Under the pieces are notes generated by a model. The model worked only from the letters and a program-made list of their open reading frames with translations, was not told the origin of the DNA and did not search any database. A stretch of DNA of 64,000 bases from an uncultured Bacteroidales bacterium. GTDB taxonomy: Bacteria; Bacteroidota; Bacteroidia; Bacteroidales; VadinHA17. The stretch lies in contig OY970346.1 of assembly GCA_963717685.1 (NCBI GenBank), positions 2,736,419 through 2,800,418 of the forward strand, in the 5' to 3' direction. The stretch's first letter is position 1; each line of letters starts with the position of its first letter. A program made the translations under genes and the position numbers. Shown here piece after piece: positions 58,422-64,000 of the stretch.

Positions 58422-58613
58422 AATTTTGCTGACGGTAGTATATAAATTCCGGCACGCAATAATAATAAAATTTTGAATAAATGCTTCTATAATCATACGC
58501 TTATAATTTTATCAGGTTCATTACTAATATTTCAATGAGATTACAGCAAAGTGTGTGCCAAGAAAGATAAACAAACCTGGTAAATTCATCCTGCCTGTAA
58601 TAACGGTAAAACT

Positions 58614-58856
58614 CTAATCATCCTCATCTTCCCTGCTAAAAAAAGCATTGACGATCAGTTTATAAGTGACTGTTATTCTATATAATCCATAGAACAGGAA
58701 AGTCGATCCCATAATGACCTTAATGGCGCTGTCTATCCGGAATTGTTTTGCAAAAAAAAGCAGAAAAGTCCCGACTCCAATATAAAAGAATACCATGAAG
58801 ACGCCGAATATGGCATGAAATTGCTGTAATAACCTGTTGCTGTTCATTGTCTGCAT
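58614..58856 (-). CDS. Small two-TM membrane protein, hypothetical
   Basis: Two hydrophobic helices and an acidic tail (EDEDD). The track start 58889 is TTG. The first ATG is 58856, or 58847. Confidence 0.5.
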   Translation of the reverse strand: MQTMNSNRLLQQFHAIFGVFMVFFYIGVGTFLLFFAKQFRIDSAIKVIMGSTFLFYGLYRITVTYKLIVNAFFSREDEDD

Positions 58857-58945
58857 TTTGAGTGCTAATAAAACAAAATTCAATCTCAATTCAAAGAATA
58901 TACAACCCGCAATTGAATAAATTTTCAGTTATAGTGCCCCCATTG

Positions 58946-60160
58946 TCATCTCAACAGTAGGGAGCTGTCTCCATAACTAAGAAACCTGAAGCTGTTAGAA
59001 ATTGCATATTTATAAATTTCTTTCCATTTTTCACCTGTCCAGGCTGAAACAAGCAAAAGAAGCGTGCTCCTGGGCTGGTGAAAGTTCGTTATCATACCGC
59101 CGGTGATCCGGAACCTGTAGCCGGGGATTATGAAAAGTCTGGTGGAAGCATGCAGGGTTCCCATATTCCTTTTATTCATATATTCCAGCAATGCCGCAAG
59201 CGATTCTTCAGCAGGTATTGCTGTACCCCTGCTTAGATATTCCCATTGATCTGTATAAAGATCTTCCCCGGATTTTCGCTGTTCCAGGATCCTGGCACCA
59301 AGCCAGTAAAGGCTTTCAAGCGTTCTTACGCTTGTAGTCCCGACAGCGATAATATTGTTATTGCTTTTTATTAGTTTTTTGATCGTTTCAGCTGATATAA
59401 AGTAATGCTCGCAATGCATTTCATGCTCCCTGATCCTTTCTTTTTTTACAGGCTGAAATGTTCCTGCGCCTACATGCAGGGTTATTTCGGCCGCATCAAT
59501 GGCTTTGTTCCTTATTTTGCCAAGAACCTCCTTCGTAAAATGAAGCCCCGCGGTGGGAGCTGCAACAGATCCCTCAATCCTTGAATATATCGTCTGATAC
59601 CTTATATAATCTTCTTTCTCATCCTCTCTCCTTATATACGGAGGCAGCGGAATGTGCCCTGCACCTTCGATTACCTGTCCAAAATTTATTTCGTCAGAGC
59701 TCCAACGAAACCTTATTCTCCATGCTTCCCCTTCATTTTCTGTTTTTTCAGCCGACAGTACGTATTTTTTGCCTGCGTAAATGAAGCTGGTAGATAGTGG
59801 TCCTTTTTTCCATTTTTTAAGATTGCCAATTATGCATTTCCATTCTACCTGGCCAGATGAAGCAAAGGACTGCTGATATTCACGGGGTATCACCGGCTCA
59901 ATGCATAAAATCTCAATCAATGCCCCTGTAGGCTTTCTGAAAAGTATTCGCGCATTAATGACCCTGGTATTGTTAAATACAAGGAGTGCTCCCGGAGGAA
60001 GATAATCTGCAATATTTCTGAATCTATCCTCAGAAACTGAGAGGTCCTTGTACACCAAAAGCTTTGAATCGTCCCTGTTTATTAAAGGATACTGGGCTAT
60101 ACGCTCTTCAGGAAGTTCATAGTCATAATCTTCAATGTTTATATTGAAATTATCTTTCAT
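58946..60160 (-). CDS. queA: S-adenosylmethionine:tRNA ribosyltransferase-isomerase
   Basis: YDYELPEERIAQYP, PLPPYI, VAAPTAGLHFT, GTTSVRTLES and NFHQPRSTLLLLVSA. Confidence 0.95.
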   Translation of the reverse strand: MKDNFNINIEDYDYELPEERIAQYPLINRDDSKLLVYKDLSVSEDRFRNIADYLPPGALLVFNNTRVINARILFRKPTGALIEILCIEPVIPREYQQSFASSGQVEWKCIIGNLKKWKKGPLSTSFIYAGKKYVLSAEKTENEGEAWRIRFRWSSDEINFGQVIEGAGHIPLPPYIRREDEKEDYIRYQTIYSRIEGSVAAPTAGLHFTKEVLGKIRNKAIDAAEITLHVGAGTFQPVKKERIREHEMHCEHYFISAETIKKLIKSNNNIIAVGTTSVRTLESLYWLGARILEQRKSGEDLYTDQWEYLSRGTAIPAEESLAALLEYMNKRNMGTLHASTRLFIIPGYRFRITGGMITNFHQPRSTLLLLVSAWTGEKWKEIYKYAISNSFRFLSYGDSSLLLR

Positions 60161-60197
60161 CCGAAACCTTACTCATTTCTGTTAATTGTTTTCCGCC

Positions 60198-60205
60198 CAA
60201 AAATA
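60198..60205 (-). promoter_or_regulatory. -7 promoter box (TATTTTTG on the minus strand) for queA
   Basis: The plus strand reads CAAAAATA, 38 nt upstream of the queA ATG. Confidence 0.4.
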
Positions 60206-60246
60206 GCTAAAATTAAAGCTGTTGCTTTAAATTCATGGCTATTTGC

Positions 60247-60254
60247 TACCTTTG
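60247..60254 (+). promoter_or_regulatory. -7 promoter box TAccTTTG for rnpB
   Basis: Exact match ending 5 nt before the predicted P1 5-prime end. Confidence 0.5.
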
Positions 60255-60258
60255 CACG

Positions 60259-60640
60259 GCAGCAGGCTGTTCCGTCGTCCTCCGCCAGTCGGCGGAGGAA
60301 GGAAAGTCCGGGCAACACAGAGCGCCATGCTTCCTAACGGGAAGATACCTGCGAGGGTATAGTAGTGTAACAGAGAATAACCGCCATGACCTTCGTGCCA
60401 TGGCAAGGGTGAAAAGGCGAGGCAAGAGCTCACCGGTTCTGATGGCAACATCAGAAGCCGTACACCTGATGGGTTGTAAGACCATGTATACCGGCTTTAA
60501 GGGCTGCTCGTCCGTTGCCGGGGGGTAGGTCGCATGATCCCGACAGCGATGGAGGGACAAGATAAATGACGGGAAACGGTATTGTTATCTCGGGCAGATA
60601 TAAAAACCGTACAGAACCCGGCTTACAGGCTGGCTGCATA
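60259..60640 (+). ncRNA. rnpB: RNase P RNA, bacterial type A
   Basis: Universally conserved GGAAGGAAAGTCCGGGC (CR-I, ~60296-60312) and ACAGAACCCGGCTTAC (CR-V, ~60611-60626). The P1 helix pairs 60259-60268 with 60628-60637. The 5-prime and 3-prime ends are approximate. Confidence 0.93.
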
Positions 60641-60673
60641 GCATAAAGGCGGGCAATTTGCCCGCCTTTATGC
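60641..60673. terminator. Bidirectional terminator hairpin after rnpB
   Basis: Perfect 13-bp arms GCATAAAGGCGGG-caatttg-CCCGCCTTTATGC, with a GC core followed by TTTAT on both strands. Confidence 0.7.
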
Positions 60674-60718
60674 TAAATTCAAAATGATTATTCTAAGCCA
60701 ATATTCTCACGTACTCTT

Positions 60719-61429
60719 TCATTTCAGTTTGAATATACTGTCCTCGATGGGAGTATCCACCTCAACCTTCGTCACTGTCATGACCATATCCATTCCACCC
60801 ATTGAAGAAGTCGTCTTCATAGGCATCATTATTCCGTTGTTTAATGTATAGTCTGAAGGATAAGAATCAACCGTCATTTCCATACCTCCCTGGTTAATAT
60901 CCGCTTCAGTTTTTACCAGCAGATAGGATATCTTGTCAATGAACAGGTGCGTGTTGTTTCCTCCCGGGAGTGCAGCTTTAATTTTAAATGCCTTGTTCCC
61001 TTTTACCGTATCTTCACCTTCAAGAGTCAGAATTCCGTCTTTAAGGTATTTTTCCATATAATTCTGGAAGATATTGTTCCTTGTCAATTCCTTTACCTGA
61101 TCCTCACTCATTTCAGTGACATCTGCAGTTCCTGCCATAGGATTTATCATATAGCCCTTCTCGCCGTCATAGGCCTGAACAATATCCTGTCCGTTAAACG
61201 TCGTGACAGTCTTTATTTTATTCGGGTTCTTCATCCACATCTCAATGGGCATATCCTGGCCCATGACAGATACTTTAGCTGAAACCCTGACAGTTTTGAA
61301 CCCTGAAATTTTGTCCAGTTTGTTTGCTTCCGTATACTTGCCGACAATATCAGTCAGGGATTGTGCATTAATAAAAACTGCTGCCGTAAGGCAGACGACG
61401 ATGGTGATTAGTTTTTTCATGAGATTCAT
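60719..61429 (-). CDS. Secreted Met-rich hypothetical protein, possibly LolA-like fold
   Basis: Signal peptide MKKLITIVVCLTAAVFINAQ. About 17 Met in the ~214-aa mature part, including IMMPMKTTSSMGGMDMVMT. The fold assignment is a guess. Confidence 0.6.
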   Translation of the reverse strand: MNLMKKLITIVVCLTAAVFINAQSLTDIVGKYTEANKLDKISGFKTVRVSAKVSVMGQDMPIEMWMKNPNKIKTVTTFNGQDIVQAYDGEKGYMINPMAGTADVTEMSEDQVKELTRNNIFQNYMEKYLKDGILTLEGEDTVKGNKAFKIKAALPGGNNTHLFIDKISYLLVKTEADINQGGMEMTVDSYPSDYTLNNGIMMPMKTTSSMGGMDMVMTVTKVEVDTPIEDSIFKLK

Positions 61430-61435
61430 AATTAG

Positions 61436-62269
61436 TTAATTATTAAAGGAATTAATTGTTTTTCTGAGAGCAACCAGCTTGTACAAAAGATTATCCATTC
61501 CGGCAAGCTTAAGCATGTTGGCACCATCTGATTTTGCCACGGCAGGATCAGGGTGAGTTTCAATAAAAATACCGTCAGCGCCCACACTTATGGCAGCTTT
61601 GCCAATAGTCTCAATCATTTCAGGGTTTCCTCCCGATACGCCTGCTTCCTGATTCGGCTGCTGCAGCGAATGGGTTATATCCATTATTACCGGAACGCCT
61701 GTCTTTTTCATCAGGGGTATGTTCCTGAAATCGACTACAAGATCCTGGTATCCAAAAAAGTTACCCCGGTCGGTTACCATAATATTGTTGTTGCCTGAAC
61801 TTTTTACTTTGTCGATGGCAAACTTCATCGAAGGGCCGGAGAGAAACTGCCCTTTTTTGATATTGATCCATTTTCCGGTAATGGCAGCTGCATGCAGAAG
61901 ATCGGTTTGCCTGCACAGGAACGCCGGTATCTGAAGGATATCGACATACTGGGCTGCTACTGCAGCCTCTTCAGGATTATGAATATCCGTGATGACGGGA
62001 ATGGAATATTTACTTCTGACTTCCGCAAGAATTTCGAGAGCTTTAGTATCGCCGATACCCGAAAAGGAATCGGCTTTTGATCTGTTGGCTTTTCTGTATG
62101 AGGCCTTAAAGACAAATGGTATATGATATTTTGCTGTCAGTTCAACCAGCCTTCCGGCTACCTCAGAAACCAGTTCTCTGCTTTCAACAACACAGGGCCC
62201 TGCGATAAGCAGGAAATTGTCCGACTCTCCGAAACTGATGCCGGGGATATCAAATGCTTTTTTAGTCAT
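61436..62269 (-). CDS. kdsA: 3-deoxy-8-phosphooctulonate (KDO-8-P) synthase
   Basis: LIAGPCVVES, FKASYRKANRS, IPAFLCRQTDL, DITHSLQ and IFIETHPDP. Confidence 0.95.
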   Translation of the reverse strand: MTKKAFDIPGISFGESDNFLLIAGPCVVESRELVSEVAGRLVELTAKYHIPFVFKASYRKANRSKADSFSGIGDTKALEILAEVRSKYSIPVITDIHNPEEAAVAAQYVDILQIPAFLCRQTDLLHAAAITGKWINIKKGQFLSGPSMKFAIDKVKSSGNNNIMVTDRGNFFGYQDLVVDFRNIPLMKKTGVPVIMDITHSLQQPNQEAGVSGGNPEMIETIGKAAISVGADGIFIETHPDPAVAKSDGANMLKLAGMDNLLYKLVALRKTINSFNN

Positions 62270-62331
62270 TCCTGTAAAGTAAAAACATTATTTTCTTAAT
62301 TCCAAAAACACTCCCGGCAGCAGACTTCAAT

Positions 62332-63633
62332 TCATTTAGCATCGTAATCGTAAAAATCCTTCCAGAGCCGTTCTAGCCTTTTTCGGATTTCATCTTCCTT
62401 CGGGTTATTCCCTGGCTCATAAAACTTTGTTCCCTTTAATTCTTCAGGCATGAAATTATCCTGGATGAAGTTACCTTCGTAGCTGTGAGCATATTTATAA
62501 CCTTCGTGATATCCGAGATCTTTCATAAGCTTTGTTGGAGCATTCCTGATGTGGAGAGGGACGGGGAGATCGCTTTTTTCCCTTACATTCCCCTGGGCTG
62601 CTTCAATTGCCATATATGAAGCATTGCTCTTTGGAGAGGTCGCAAGATAGACTGCCGCCTCGGAAAGGATTATTCTTGATTCAGGCCATCCTATGACATT
62701 GACTGCATCAAAGCAAGCCTGTGCAAGCAGAAGCGCATTTGGGTTTGCCAGACCTATGTCCTCGGCTGCAAGGATGACCATTCTTCTTGCAATAAATTTT
62801 GGATCTTCACCTCCCTCTACCATACGGGCAAGCCAGTAAACAGCAGCATTGGGATCGCTGCCCCTCATGGATTTAATGAATGCGGATATTATATCATAAT
62901 GCTGCTCTCCGTTTTTGTCATACAAAGCAAGATTCTTCTGGACATGGGTAAGCACCTTATCGTCGGTAACGATTATTTTACTCGATTCTGAATTGTCTTT
63001 TTCCCCGGCCACCACGAGTTCCAGGGCATTATAGAGCTTTCTGGCATCTCCTCCCGAAACCCTGAACAAAGCCTCGAATTCAGTAATTTCAATATCTAAT
63101 TCTGCCAGATATGGATCTTTTCTTAATGCCCTTTCCAGCAATTTTCTCAGGCTTTTTTCATCAAGCGGATTCAGGGTGTAAACCTGGCAGCGGGATAGAA
63201 GCGGAGAAATTACCTCAAATGAGGGATTTTCGGTCGTAGCCCCGATAAGGGTGATTATTCCCTGCTCTACAGCGCTTAGGAGAGAATCCTGCTGGGATTT
63301 GTTGAATCTGTGTATTTCGTCAATGAACAGGATTGCATTCGGCTGATTGAAAAATTGTTGTTTTTTTGCCTTTTCAATGGTGTCCCTTACATCTTTAACA
63401 CCGGAATGTACGGCACTCAGGTGAAAAAATGGCCTCTTCATGGTATTTGCTATGATCGAGGCAAGTGTCGTTTTTCCGACTCCGGGCGGACCCCATAGTA
63501 CAAAGGAGGGAATGTTGCCCGATTCGATTACTTTTCTCAGAACGGCATTTTCCCCGACGAGATGATCCTGCCCGCAAAACTCATCAAGGCTCTTCGGCCT
63601 CATTCTCTCAGCAAGTGGCTGATTTGACAGCAT
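62332..63633 (-). CDS. rarA: Replication-associated recombination protein A (AAA+ ATPase)
   Basis: [27 protein letters not shown] and the MgsA C-terminal region. The track start 63660 is TTG. ATG 63633 gives [13 protein letters not shown]. Confidence 0.93.
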   Translation of the reverse strand: MLSNQPLAERMRPKSLDEFCGQDHLVGENAVLRKVIESGNIPSFVLWGPPGVGKTTLASIIANTMKRPFFHLSAVHSGVKDVRDTIEKAKKQQFFNQPNAILFIDEIHRFNKSQQDSLLSAVEQGIITLIGATTENPSFEVISPLLSRCQVYTLNPLDEKSLRKLLERALRKDPYLAELDIEITEFEALFRVSGGDARKLYNALELVVAGEKDNSESSKIIVTDDKVLTHVQKNLALYDKNGEQHYDIISAFIKSMRGSDPNAAVYWLARMVEGGEDPKFIARRMVILAAEDIGLANPNALLLAQACFDAVNVIGWPESRIILSEAAVYLATSPKSNASYMAIEAAQGNVREKSDLPVPLHIRNAPTKLMKDLGYHEGYKYAHSYEGNFIQDNFMPEELKGTKFYEPGNNPKEDEIRKRLERLWKDFYDYDAK

Positions 63634-63762
63634 ATCATAAATTTTGCGTAAAATTAGCAAAAGAAAAATTCTCCGGAGACAATTATTCTGCTCTATGCCT
63701 GATTTTTTTAATGCCCGGATGCACCTATTTCAATTATATTTAAGTCATAATATAAGTCAGTT

Positions 63763-64000
63763 AATGAGAAAACAGGATTTCATATTCGTTGCAGTGCTCC
63801 TGCTGGCCGGATGCTCGGGGGAATCCGGCAAAAAACAAGGCACGGCAGTCGAGGGGCATAATATTTATGCCAGTCATGGAATGGTGGTATCGGCTCATCC
63901 CCAAAGTTCAAGGATTGGGGTTTCTGTACTTCAGAATGGAGGAAATGCGGTGGATGCGGCAGTCGCGACTGAATTTGCACTGGCAGTATGTTACCCGGAA
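63763..64000 (+). CDS. ggt: Gamma-glutamyltransferase, 3-prime truncated by the window edge
   Basis: Hand translation gives [20 protein letters not shown]...[41 protein letters not shown], a lipoprotein signal plus a typical GGT N-terminus. It is absent from the ORF track because no stop is reached. Confidence 0.85.

Overview
This window looks like chromosomal, mostly core-genome DNA from an anaerobic member of the Bacteroidota. The phylum call is an inference from a T9SS C-terminal sorting domain, exact TAnnTTTG -7 promoter boxes 20-45 nt upstream of many start codons, an 11-subunit nuo operon and TonB/ExbBD clusters. I count about 60 protein genes, all identified by recalled motifs because no searches could be run, plus one RNase P RNA that the ORF track misses. 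I saw no rRNA, tRNA, CRISPR array, transposase, integrase or phage genes. Left to right the content is: a histidine kinase (cut by the window edge), a CheY-like regulator, ferritin, a T9SS metalloprotease-like cargo and secA. A long minus-strand gene train follows (Memo-AMMECR1 fusion, polytopic spermidine-synthase-like protein, AmmeMemoRadiSam radical SAM enzyme, ligA, a hypothetical gene, dapA). Then come argS-ffh-folD, a PD40 lipoprotein, a TPR protein, comA-like, aroE, nuoABCDHIJKLMN without nuoEFG, and a divergent hdrCBA-flxDCBA-like seven-gene cluster. The right part holds exbBD, truA, a galactose-type sugar cluster with two MFS paralogs, ltaE, a PstS-like/TPR/exbB-exbD-exbD-tonB cluster, queA, rnpB, kdsA, rarA and the 5-prime end of ggt. 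The best second-look candidates are (1) the unknown-function AmmeMemoRadiSam cassette, here with its Memo and AMMECR1 parts fused, export-like leaders, and an 807-aa polytopic SpeE-like membrane protein inside it. (2) The Flx-Hdr-type redox module shares a 282-bp control region with the headless complex I operon, and that region carries a perfect 12-bp-arm palindrome. (3) A 111-aa unknown gene is tightly coupled to nuoN. Several track ORFs begin at TTG extensions, and I re-placed their starts at internal ATG or GTG codons.
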